From contig CM082591.2 in the NCBI GenBank assembly GCA_040954595.2, forward strand, positions 1,291,882 to 1,355,881: a stretch of DNA of 64,000 nucleotides. The letters are read 5' to 3'. The notes under the pieces are model-generated. The model saw only the letters and a program-made list of their open reading frames with translations, was not told where the DNA came from and did no database searches. Positions 39,867 through 52,209 of the stretch are shown piece by piece (the first letter of the stretch is position 1; each line of letters starts with the position of its first letter). Source of the stretch: Balanoglossus misakiensis. Lineage: Eukaryota > Animalia > Hemichordata. The position numbers and the translations under genes are program-made.

Positions 39867-42241
39867 CTGTATCAACCTGTTTGGCCCATGAAGAGGGTAA
39901 ACCTAGTAGCTGAGACAGAAGGCAAATGATTTCAGCTTGATGACGTCTTCTCACGGTAGTTTAAGATTACACCAAGATTGAACAGGACAATGTGATATCC
40001 AGTTAACAGCTGAGAAGGACTTCCTGTTCACAACAATCACCAAGCCAGTCGAAAAAAAGACAGACTGCACCAAGAGTGACATTTGAGATTGTTTCATTTA
40101 TTCTACAGTTGAGAATGTGTGGATTATAAATCTCCTCAGAGAAATTCAGCCACCCTGTTCATAAACTGAACATTAGCTATATATGACGACAGAATTGGGA
40201 GAGGGCGATATTTCTCACCTGTTGCAGACCAAAGTATGAAATTCAAAACAGTCCAAGAGTAGGCTGGTCTACATAAATAGCAGCTGGTATTTTGGAGATA
40301 TTGCTTAATCATTTCAGTAAGTTTTATTGTAGCATTTAATGCGCATTTTGGCAACGTATTTAATCACATAGAGTATGAAATTTGCTTAAAAGTTCTCATG
40401 CGTTGAACTTACAGTAAATCAGAAGGGACATTGAGCAATACAATCTATGATATGGATTGGGTACCGTATATATCCTGTCGACTACCATTCTCTTGTAATG
40501 AGAAAAATACAAATTATAAAATATTTAATCGTCAATTTTAGTGAAGGCCAGTTGGACTATTTGTGGATATTCTTATGGCATTATGATGACGACGCACGAT
40601 CACTACTTCTTGGGCATTCGATATACCAATTGTTTCCTTAAAGATTTACTTTCACTTACTATCTGCAAGCGATGTTCATAAAATATTGAGTAGAACTTTC
40701 CATGTGTGATATATTATTTAATAAAAGTAACAAATGGATATTTTCAGACCTTAAAATGTCTGTCACATTCTGTTGATTAATTTCAACTGGTATATAACAT
40801 GCAACAGGCGTGGGCAATTGGTATTTGGTTAGAGAGACACCTGGTGTGATTAGATGGTACATATACATGATCGATGTCCCCTCATTTGGTGACACACGGA
40901 GTATGGTGTCAATAGATTCGTCTGTGTACATCAACCAGTGACGTCAGCAATGCATTAGATACACTGAAAACTGCATAATTCAAACCATATCTCTTGCTAA
41001 ACTTTATGGTACTACTGGTTGCTAAGTAATATACGTTATATACCCTAATGAGGGCGTTGCTGCGCTTGAAGTCGGGTAGAAAATATTTACAGTGTCGGTT
41101 AGATTCTAAATTACCTGGCCTGTGCCTTCACCACGGCTACTGTGTTGAAACTAGGTGACCCTTATGGGTCAGGACAGCTTCTATTTAACTGACTCTACAA
41201 AATCAGGGGACGTCTTTGCATGATTGACAGCTAAGTTCCTGAGTATCCAATGGCCTTTGCATGTCCCTGAACTCTGTACAAAGTACTTTAAACGTCAACT
41301 CAAACATGATGAGAGACTGAAAATAACATTTTGTCGAGTAGGAGACAGCACTCGCACATAAGGTAAGGCACAGATCGTTTTGTATATATGAACTCCTCTC
41401 TGTTAAAGTCCTTATGAACTCAAGTGATGGCCTTTGCTTCTGTGTAGGCGTTGTGGAGTATGGTGTTTACTACAGCAAATTGCCTCATATTGTTCATCCG
41501 TTCATTACGGGCATGATGGACGAAGTGATAGTCAACATGACTTGATGAACCAAATTTATAGACCACAAACGGCTTTTACAGAAGCAAACCATTGTCATAT
41601 TTACATGACCGATTCATTCTCTCTTTTGCCACCAAATATGCTAGCTTGTTCCTCCAGCAATACAGATCACCAGGGCGTCCAAAGGTTCTTAATCGCCTTA
41701 CAAGCCTTCGTGGTCAATCGATGAAGAATCAAGCACAACAATGATAAATACAATAGTTATATTTCATCTAGTATAAACACGATAAATTATCATACCTCTT
41801 GACCTTGTTAAACTAGTTTACTTGGGATATGTTGAATACTATTGAGACTTTGAATTTACGGTCAAGCTGGTCTTCGTCACACACCTGAATATAAATTTGA
41901 ACTTGGATATCTTTCTCGGTAAGTGGGCCTAATGCCTCATTTGTTGCAAACTTTTTTCTCTACATGTTTTCTGTAATAGCACCTTCATTGGTTTTAAACT
42001 TCAAATGTTCATAATTTTGATAATATTGTTTTCCTGTTACAGATACATTTATATTTGTGTGATTGGACATTACCGACTATCTTTGCTGTTACAGTAACTG
42101 GAACACTTCGATATATATTTTCTGGGATGTGAGACAGACTGAGAAATGGAAAGTGGATAGAAACACCAATTTCCATACATTGGAACACGGAATAGAGTGG
42201 AATAATACAGGATTTTTACCACTCGGAATAAGTAGAAGAAG

Positions 42242-44242
42242 ATGAATGATTCACCCAGAGATTTCCGTATCCGGGAGGATTCTTTGGCGCCATCAGCGAA
42301 CGTCTACCCAGCACGTTATAGAGTACGTTTCCTTCGGCGAGCAAAACGTATGAAAGATGCCAGCATTTTGCAGTTGATCACAGGATCATTCGTGATTTTG
42401 TTCGGCTGGGTTTCAATATTCATGGGCTGTTACCTTGCTTATATATGTACTGCCATTTGGTGCGGTATCGTGGTAAGATATCTCCATTATTTCATGAAAA
42501 TATTTTTAGTGGCATAATTACTATTTAACTGTACTCAATATTCTATGTCATTAATTAACTCTCGTCATATCCGTCAATCTATTAATTTATTGACAATGTG
42601 TTCTGTGTAGAGACTAAGGTCACCTACTTTTAAGGCGGCAATGTTCAGTTACTATCCCCTTCTCACAGGAGGGAATAATCATCAACCCTTAGTCAATTTA
42701 TGAAGACATCAGTATTTTAATCAATACATCAATCCATCAACTCAATTACCCTTTTTTCCTGGCAGATTGTGACATCTGCAATTTTTGGTATCAGAGCTGG
42801 TCGACTCAAGACAATAAAAGCGGTATGTTTTATTCAGATATATGTATGTATGTGTGTGTATGTGTATGTCAGTTATGTATGTGCATGTATGTTACAGATG
42901 TATCCAAATGAACACTACAGTTTCATCGAAATATGAATGAATACTATATCAACTAAAAACTCCATTGTGTACAGGTTCGACAAGCCATGATGTCTGCAAA
43001 CTTGGTGACTTTCTTTTCATTGCTGCCAGTAATCCACACATCATTTGCCATGTCTACTGAGGATCTGGAGTGCTGGATATTTTACTGCAACTGCTGGGAT
43101 GAGTGTCACATTGCTGTAGATGTAAGTACTTCCTTCATGGAATTCTTGGACCATAATTAGATTTTGAATCATGGGTTGGAGACTGAACATGTGTTGTCCT
43201 CTACATTGAAGTCTCATTAGCTGTAAGTTTAAGTCGAGTATATTTGTGTACATGTATCAGCTTTCCTGTTCCTGCAGAATGTATGGCCAATACATGTTAT
43301 ATCAAATTAATCTAAATGTCACCATAGAAAATAATGCCATGGTGTACATTGTAGCAGTTCCACTACACTGTAATACAAAGTAACAACCTCATTGTTTGCA
43401 ATGATGTACATTGTAGCAGTTACACTACACTGTAATACAAAGTAACAACCTCATTGTTTGCAATGATGTACATTGTAGCAACATTGTTTGCAGTGATGTA
43501 CATGTACATTGTAGCAGTTACACTACAGTGTAACACAAAGTAACAACCACATTGTTTGCAAAGATACACATTGTAGCAGTTATACTTTGCATCTACTTTG
43601 ATTTGCAAACAACTGTGCTTTATGAGACCCATGTCTGCAGCTGCAGAGGGAGGACATCCAGCCCATGTAGACTGTTCTGATAGCAGGTAGATACTGGGTA
43701 TTTCATTGACATACAGATGAATATGTTGGTCATAATTGTACTGATTGTTAACGTTTATTTTTATTTTATTTCAGGGTAGGATGTTTGTGGACGCCATGAT
43801 CCTTTCATTCAGCCTCTGTGCCTTCATATTGGCTGTATTAGTAACAGCTTTGTGTGGAACATTCTCGAACCTGAAATGCTGCAAAACAGCTTCTGTTCAG
43901 GTAGGAATAAACTCTGTTATAACACATTTTTTGTCCAAAGTATACTTTATTGGCTGTAGTTCAAATGGAGGTATTTTACAGATATTGTTAAATGTATCAG
44001 TGTTTTTTAACTACTGAAAGTATGATAAAACATCAAGTACTAGATTAACAAATTAAAATGTTGTAACATTGTAACATGGATACTATTTCCATTTCTTCTT
44101 TCCTGAGGGAAGCCGGAGAATGTGCCAAGAAGAGCCATCGGAAAAAGATTATTGGGACCAGTCATCGAGGAATGTTAACAGTATACACATATTGACTGGC
44201 CATGAGGGCAACAGCACACGTCTGTCACCTGAGGGATTGTGA
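42242..44242 (+). CDS. MS4A/CD20-like four-TM protein, locus 3 (5 coding exons)
   Basis: ASILQLITG, ICTAIWCGIV|IVTSAIFGI, VRQAMMSANLVTFFS...CWIFYCNCWDEC, GRMFVDAMILSFSLCAFILAVLVTALC. Same phase-0 exon layout as locus 1. The last-exon acceptor is less certain. Confidence 0.72.
43337..43632 (+). repeat. 62-bp minisatellite element, copy 3 (intronic)
   Basis: Same unit (cactacactg at 43361 and 43423) and tail ttgcatctactttgatttgc. Confidence 0.85.
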
Positions 44243-44711
44243 CGAATTGACGAATGAGAACACAGACTGCAGATGAGGTGTGTTACAACACAGACTGATT
44301 GATGACTATGCATTTAACTCTGAGAATATCGTACAACCGTCCACTGGAATTATTTATACGCAAAATGCCACAAGGACAAAAGTATAGTTATATCCAAAGT
44401 TACATTCTGTACATGATTTGAACCTGCTAAAAATACTGACAATGGGAATCATTTCAGTGGCTAATATTTAGCCATTTTTATGGTTGATAATTAACATTAA
44501 TGATGTCCCCAAACAGATCAGTTGACGTCGCTTTATAAACTCATCTGTGTTTCATGTACAAACCAGCTGCCTGAGTTCGGAATCAGCTGAACAATAGTCC
44601 AAACTATTCATTAATATAAGCATTAAAATGTGTCAATATAGACACATTGGATAGACAATACTTTGACTGAATTTATGATGTAAAATGTTCAGTTAAAAAA
44701 CATTTTCTAGT

Positions 44712-46086
44712 CTAAAACATGTTGTTGACTGTGATGCCATGGATGAAAAGCTTCTTTACAACATCTTGGGTAACCTGTTGAATGAAGACAGAAATTAAGA
44801 TTACAGGAAAGAAAATAATTTTGTTACAGAAAAATATGTTGCGTGGTCGACCAAATTTAATAATGCATTGCCTTGGATTTTGATCAGACGCAATTGAGAC
44901 TAAAACATGGTAATGAGAGCTAGACCATAGATAACTCTTTATAGAAAAAATTCTTTACCATTGTACAGTTCTTGATTCGCAGTAACTTTAAACTTGATTT
45001 AGGGTTATTCATGAATTCTCTGAGACTGGTGTCGGTTACTTTGTAGCAATAACTGACATCCAATTCCTGCAGAGAGTGACAGTTCTCAGCAAGCTCCTTC
45101 ACGCCGATGTCGGTCACGCCATAATTGCTACTTAGGTGAAGTTCTCTCAGATGTTGGCAAAATCTGGCAATGTTGCACACGCCTTCATCAGTCAACTAAA
45201 ATAAAAAAGTCGTGAAACATTTAGTACTACCAGTACATTACGAACTGCATTCATTAGTTACCAATGATTTGTCACACAAAGCTGAGATCGACTGTATGAT
45301 GTATCTGATGTTGAACTCAAGGGTTCCGACTCACCATATAACAGCTGCTCAGATCCAGTTCCTGTAGGTCAACACAGTTCTGCGCTAGTATGGTGATTGC
45401 AAAGTCGGTGACATTCTTGCATCTGCTGACAGTTAATGTCCGAAGATTCTGGCATCGTTTGGCAATGGTCAACAGATTTGCTTCTGTAACAGCAGTCCAG
45501 CATCTATCCAACCTGAGAATGGAAATTTCACAACTGTGTTGGTAGCTGTGGGGACACAGCTATTTGGTGTGTGTGTGTGGAGGGGGGTGTTGTTGTTTTG
45601 ACAGCACACCCCCCCCCCCCCCCAAATACACGTAGCTGTGTATCCAGAGCTACCGTGTTGGACGGAAAGACTAACTTGCAAATCAACTGAACTGAAATGA
45701 CGTATTTAATTTACCACTTGCCTGAGTTCAAGCAGACAAGCTGCATGTCGAACAATGTGATTGAGTCCTTGTTGAGTGATTAAGAAATCCCATTTGCCCA
45801 TGTCAAGCGTCCTCATGTGTTTGAAATACTCCTCGACTAGTCCATGGAAGCGAGTGCATACCACTTTCAGAAGGCAGATCTCAGGTGGTTCCAATTTTGA
45901 CATGATGTTATACACGACAAGTTCATCTGGTAGTCTTGAAAAGTGGTCGTATTCTGCAGAGCATCGCTTGCACGTTTCTATTGTGCATCCCTGATTGGCT
46001 AAAACATGTCCATCATCATCATTCTGCCAGGAGACTGGCGAATACTGCCGTCTCGTTTTACCTTTTGAACAACTGGATTGGTTCAT
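44712..46086 (-). CDS. F-box/LRR protein, FBXL15-like (exons 46086-45722, 45512-45335, 45195-44959, 44774-44712)
   Basis: F-box FSRLPDELVVYNIMSKL; Cys-containing LRRs CQNLRTLTVSRCKNVTD, CQHLRELHLSSNYGVTD, CHSLQELDVSYCYKVTD. Confidence 0.88.
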
Positions 46087-47332
46087 TTTTGTTAGAAACT
46101 TGGGGAATATAGAATCAGAGCTGTCATGATATATCCTATTCACTCAAGGTAATACAATTATCAGGTCCATGACACCATGCTGCAATGAAAAACAGTAGCT
46201 TTCAGTTGGGTCATCATATTCATCATCAAAACCACTGATAAATGTACCATTGTACAGCCCATACACTAAAAACGTCAACATGACGATACACAGTGCATCC
46301 TTTACATGAGACAAAGTTTCGACTGAATCCTCGCACCCAAGACGAATTGCACGATAAGAGTGACACTTGTACCTTGGAGTGGCCCGATCCTGCGTGTTTG
46401 ATCACTTTGTGGTCATGTACAGTGGTCTTGTTTTGGAGTGATCGTGCTTTACCGCACTCAGCTGTTGTTGTTGTAGTTTCGGAGGTCAATGATTTGCGCC
46501 TCCTAGTGGTGACCTTTTTGGGGAAAACCTCAGCAACTTTTAGTATGACGTAATGGTATAAACTTCGGAGTTCTGTCGTAAGCCACGTAACTGAAACGAT
46601 TATTAGTTATTATCGTTCATTAAAACGCTTAAATTAATGTCCGAACATGACCGAAGCAATCCATACTAAGACATTTGCCATGTATGTTTGGTACTTATTC
46701 ACCCCCCATGCCCACCGCACGGACTTGGGGAAATCCCCGAACATAGGTTCCCCTTACGTCACTCTTTTGTGCCCTCGTTCTAAAAGCAAATTTCAATATC
46801 AGCACATTTTAGATCCTGAATCCCCCAATTTGAAAAATAAAGAATGTTCAAACTTGTCTATTATGATGTTTATGTATTCCTGAATTAACTTCACGAGCTT
46901 AGGCACAGAGATAACTTGTTATTTTGTGCAGTTCTTTTCGGTGAAATGTTTAAGGGGCGTGGTTAATGGTTAACTTGTTCATATATATAATAAATATATG
47001 CAGGTGGTAATACAGTCTTAAATGGGAGGCCTTCTTTGTTTCAAACGATTGGTGGGAACGACGTCGGTTTGAGAAGTGTGAAATGTAGAGTTGCGCCAGC
47101 TAAGTAAGTAAACCAACATGTCATTTAAGGGCTTGAAATTAAGCCCGTCCATCATATATAGGCAACATGAACAAACTTTTCCTTCGGGCAACTAAATTAA
47201 AAATGGCCATCTCAAAATGGCAGCCGATGCCCACACGGTACTTGGGACTACTGAATCATGTGACTCCGGATGTCGGCCGCTTTGAAATCGCACTGAAATG
47301 CTTAATACGTACGTTCCCCGGCCGGACACGCA

Positions 47333-47333
<1 letters not shown>

Positions 47334-47391
<58 letters not shown>
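47334..47391. repeat. (ACA)n microsatellite
   Basis: Directly visible; it explains the poly-T, poly-V and poly-L spurious ORFs. Confidence 0.95.
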
Positions 47392-47392
<1 letters not shown>

Positions 47393-47721
47393 ACACCTCC
47401 ACTATCGCTTTGATATGCAAATTTAAAAAAGACAACAGTGCAGTTGAAATTTTGCGACAAGTTTTTAAACTATATGTTATCTTATGTCTCAATGATGTGA
47501 TTGAAAGTCGTTGTCACGGCAACTATAATAATTTGCATATAAAATATAACCTCAGAGTGTGAAATAAGGTCATCAGTAGGTTAGTCAACTTCTGGGTGCA
47601 TGTTACTATAGTAAAATACCGGTTTCCTTAGTATAAGGTTTGCAGATATGTATATACAAGATATATAAGTGACATTGTACTAGTATATGATATATGTGAA
47701 CACTACTGGTCACCGTCTGTT

Positions 47722-47860
47722 CATAGACCCTAGAGAAAAAGGACAGGAAACAACGCCTCTTTCTTTGTAGCCTCTTGGTTGGAATACATTAACTAGTGTT
47801 TGCACAGGTGTTGGACTCCGCCCGCTTATCTAATCCCATTTACGGCCTCTAGGGTCTATG
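47722..47860. mobile_element. 139-bp MITE with CATAG termini
   Basis: 14-bp perfect TIR catagaccctagag / ctctagggtctatg, flanked by gtt on both sides (possible 3-bp TSD). Confidence 0.7.
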
Positions 47861-47889
47861 GTTTTCCCCACACCCAGCAGTGTTATCAC

Positions 47890-48037
47890 CATGGACCACT
47901 TCGCGGATAGAATAACGCAGGTTTTTATGGGACAGTTTGCATTCTGAGTGTGTGCGTTAGGCATGTACTAGACGCTATGTTGAACGCAAATTATACCATC
48001 ATGCATTGCAGATACCCTATCCGCGAAGTGGTCTATG
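47890..48037. mobile_element. 148-bp MITE, copy A
   Basis: 21-bp TIR catggaccacttcgcggatag / ctatccgcgaagtggtctatg (1 mismatch); near-identical copy at 49296-49443. Confidence 0.8.
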
Positions 48038-48078
48038 GACATCACTTTAAATCTTCTACATTTCTGTTTCTTTCAAAG

Positions 48079-48818
48079 GACAAGCATGTTTTGTGTCCAA
48101 TGAGTAAGAAACCACTGAAAGTGAAAAACCTGCTGAATATTGAGTTTGTGGAGGTCAACGACGCTGATGATAAACGCCATTTACTGAATAAAGATGCCCG
48201 CTACATGTGTGCGGTCACTCGTGATACACTGTCCAATTCTACGCCGGTCGCTGTTTTGAAAACAAGGTGAGAAAGAGAAGTTACTTGTTCATTCTTTGGA
48301 CTAGTGTCGCACCTAATGAGGTGAAACCTATATAAACTGGACCCATATATAGTGAAGAAATTGATTGATTTGGCAAGGTGTCGGCTATGCATAGAAATTC
48401 CTATCTAAGAACCTTGGTTGCTATACATGTGAATGCCTATCTTCATATGTGAGACTGAGAAATATTTACACCTTGTTCCTCACAGCTGCAAAGTTATCAC
48501 GGTGGAATGTTACGAAAAACTGATCAAGAAAGACATGGTGGACCCCATCAGTGGTGAGAAGATCACCGAGAATGATGTCATCAAGTTACAGAGGGTGGGT
48601 AAACATGTACACACGTTTAATCTTGTCTGGCTTGTGTATGCCACATCACATGCATGATCATTGCATCGGTTCTCCACAGCAAACTAAACTGACGTACTTG
48701 TCTATCTCTTTTGACATTTTCCTTTTTATTCTTTTGTTTTCAGGGTGGTACTGGTTTTGCCAGCACTGGAGTCGACCTGGAGGCCAAGAAACACAGACCA
48801 GTCATGATGGCTTCCTAG
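48079..48818 (+). pseudogene. NOSIP: NOSIP C-terminal three exons only (48079-48266, 48486-48594, 48744-48818); 5' coding exons not found
   Basis: CPMSKKPL...RYMCAVTRDTLSNSTPVAVL, ECYEKLIKKDMVDP, LQRGGTGFA...RPVM. No MTRHGKN-type N-terminus was seen between the divergent FBXL gene and this fragment. Confidence 0.7.
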
Positions 48819-49295
48819 TACATCAAAACAATCAATTTTCTTCAGAATGGTAAATTAATCAATCAGTTTACTTTAGAATAACAGACTTCTTATTTTAGAT
48901 ATGTATTAAAACCTGTCTTATACGGACACATCCAGATAGTAGTGTGTCCTCAATAGATGGATAAAACTTTTATCTTGAAAAATATCCTTAATAAAGAGTT
49001 GTCCTGATTACAGCGGAGCCTGAGTGTTTTAATTTGAAAGTTTTCAAGTTTCATAAAGTACAGGCAAAAGTTTGAACATGTGAATTTTGAGGCACCAAAA
49101 CTTATCCTTTTGATAAGTTCAGTTTCTTTCATACAAATACCATGTTGACAATTAAAAAGCAAAGACTCCACACAAACTACATTGAAGTTAAATATGTTTT
49201 ATTTTCTTGGAGTGAGCCTGATGAGAATTTTAAAAACAGGGTGGAACTTTTGTCATGACACTAGTGGAAGTTGATCTGAATTATTCCAAGAGGTA

Positions 49296-49443
49296 CATGG
49301 ACCACTTTGCGGATAGAATAACGCAGGGTGTTGTGGGACAGTTTGCGTTCTGAGTGCGTGTGTTAGCCATGTACTAGACGCTATGTTGAACGCAAATTAT
49401 ACCATCATGCATTGCAGATACCCTATCCGCGAAGTGGTCTATG
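49296..49443. mobile_element. 148-bp MITE, copy B
   Basis: Same length and orientation as 47890-48037, with few substitutions. Confidence 0.8.
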
Positions 49444-49944
49444 ATGATGTGGTCCTAATGAGTTAATTAAAAACAACTAGTTAATCAGTAAAATTGTTTT
49501 GTGTTCACATTTCACCTGCAGTGTGCAGTTTGCCCTGATTCTCTGTTGTCTCTAAGAAGGAACTGACAAATATATGCCACTATATTTATAATGACAAAAT
49601 TTAGTGACCAAGTCAGTTTGTAGTGTTGTTTGTGTTGTAAGGCTCCACAAATACAAAGGAAAAGGAGAAGATTAATGTGTTTTATCAATGAAAAAGGTGA
49701 AGTTGCGGTGAAACATTTTCAAAGGTTAAATCAAGTTGAATTTGAATAGGTGACATGTTTTCAATGGATGACAGCAGTTAAACTTTGACTGAGTCCAGAC
49801 TGACGTAATAAGATGTACATCACATGTATTTATTTACAGATCACATGACAAAGGTGCTTGGTAGCTCGAGGTACGAAAAACCAAACACTTCCTTTTCTTC
49901 TTCCCGGCGAGCACCAGTGTTCTTCAATCAGACCTAGCTCCAGT

Positions 49945-50720
49945 GGTGTACCTGGATTGAAGTTCTACCTTGTGAAGGAATCAACCACTCTGTTAAAACC
50001 ATTTCAAGCCTCAGGTATGTTGTGTTGAACTTGAAATTGGTAATTTTCTGTCTTTTTCTTTCAGTCCTCTAACTCAAGCCACGCCTTTTTTATTTTCAAC
50101 TAACAGAACCCAACACCACAAAAAGAATTCTATTGGAATAACTAAACAATTAAGCCATTTTGTCAACTTGAAAATAGACCTAAATGAAAAATGTCTAGGA
50201 TTTGTATTTACATGCGACTAATGTCACTTATTTCAGATGTACCTGGATTGAAGCTCTAACTTTTGAAGGAATCAACCACTCCGCGACAACCGTTTTGAGA
50301 GGTATGTTCTACTGGAGCTGATAATTTATTATCTTGTTTTTAACTGAAAACACTGAATACATATACCCCTGGTAGGTGACATGTTGTAAATTGGATGGTG
50401 GCCAAGAGATTCCAAACTCTGATATTGCATCTACAACACAGGTATGTGACGTGACAGCAAGTACTGAGCAGCTCTGCGGTACTTGGAACCAACTCAGGAA
50501 TTTCTATAATAGTGGGACCTAGCTACTGTAGCTTTGCTAGTGTACCCTGGATTGAAGTTCTACCTTGTGAGGAAATCAACCACTCTGTACAATATTAAGA
50601 GGTATGTTGTATTGAAGTTGGTGCATGATTTACCAGTATTGTCTTATAATTTTTTCAGTCCCCAAACACATGGTTACCCCATGTAACAGAAACACACACC
50701 CTCAAAAAGAATTCTATCAG
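49945..50720 (+). repeat. Triplicated ~65-bp exon-like unit, probable 5' UTR exons of the downstream gene
   Basis: tgtacc(c)tggattgaag(t/c)tcta.cttNtga.g.aatcaaccactc at ~49947, ~50238 and ~50542; each is followed by an ag|gtatgt donor. Confidence 0.65.
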
Positions 50721-52209
50721 AAATAATTCTCTACATTTTTCTTCATTTGAATTAATTTATGATTTCTAAATATCAAAAATTAGCAAAAATCATGAAAGTA
50801 ACATTTTTATCAAAATTTTGAATGTCATATGCCACCTTCCAGACATGACATGGAATAATTTTTTTTAAAGAAGCAGATACTTGCAGTCTGTATAGTTTTG
50901 AATAACAACAGAAATTATGACCAGCAGAAGTCTCTGTAGAAGAGAAGTTTTGAAACAATTGTACTTTCTGCTAATATTTTGCTTATTTTCACCAGTACTG
51001 AGTGCCTCTTTAAGAATCATTCCAGACTCAGTAAAATGCTTGATACTTGGTTATAACAATAATGCACAGAATTTTACAGCAATCTCTTAATCTATTATTT
51101 TTGTAAATATAAAATTCTTGTAAAGAGATTTCTTATAATACCGGAAATGCTTACTTTTGAATACAGAGGTCAATTTTGATAAAATTAACAATGTTAACAT
51201 TTCAACATAATTCTCTCAAGAACCTGTTGAATAGATATAACTTTCAAATTAATGTATATTTTGATTCTAATTTTCCATAAACAAATATCATATCAAACTT
51301 CGCTTGCATGATGAAAACCCTCTGCACAAACTCTGTAGGTAGACAGTGATTAACATAACAATGACAAAGTGTGGCTCATATTTTGCCCTCCAATTAACAA
51401 TTGACATCTTTCTATACAATTTCATTCAGTGTATCGACCAAGACGTTCACTACTTAGGTTATAATCCAACAAACAGTGGTTTTTCATCGCCATTTGGGGG
51501 ATTACCGGGGGTACTAACTACAACATTTGTGCAGGCCTAGTTTGGCTTATGTATCATTACACTGAAACATTGGCATTGAATAAGGCTGGAGGCAAATCCC
51601 TGAGGATGACACATGGTTAGTGTCAAACAACAGTTTAGCAATACATCTTTCAGCTTTCTTTTTCAACATTTCTCTCCATCTACCCTCAGTTGGAATTATG
51701 AAAGAAGATTATCATTGGTAACTGTGGTCTGCCCACTGCAACTATTTGGTAAGATAACATGGTACCATAGAATAGATTGTAATCACACAGCCTTAGGTAA
51801 TAATTACTGAATTCAAATTAATGGTCAAAATGTCTATTCTGTCACTCATATGGTACTTGGACATAGTGTTTATGCAGAGTATGATTAATATTTAAACTAT
51901 ATTTGTTGAAGCCTGTGACCTCATTTGACCTTCCAGAGACTCCTTACTCAGTGTTGCAATGTGACTGTATGCATAGATATGCAAACAAACAAACAATCAA
52001 TCAATTGATGTCATATGCAGAGTATGGTTAATAATTAATCAGACATGTGTAGCCTGGTTTCTAACAGACTGTGACCTCACTTGACCTTCCAGAAACCCAT
52101 TACTCAGTGTTTCACTGTGACTATGTGCATGATCAATCTTAGGGGAAACATTTGTTACATCTGACATTCATGTATATCCTTGCTCATACTTTCTCCTGGT
52201 AGAAACAAA

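Noticed and set aside
47167-47562. Poly-Thr, poly-Val and poly-Leu ORFs
   Set aside because: Artefacts of the (ACA)n microsatellite.
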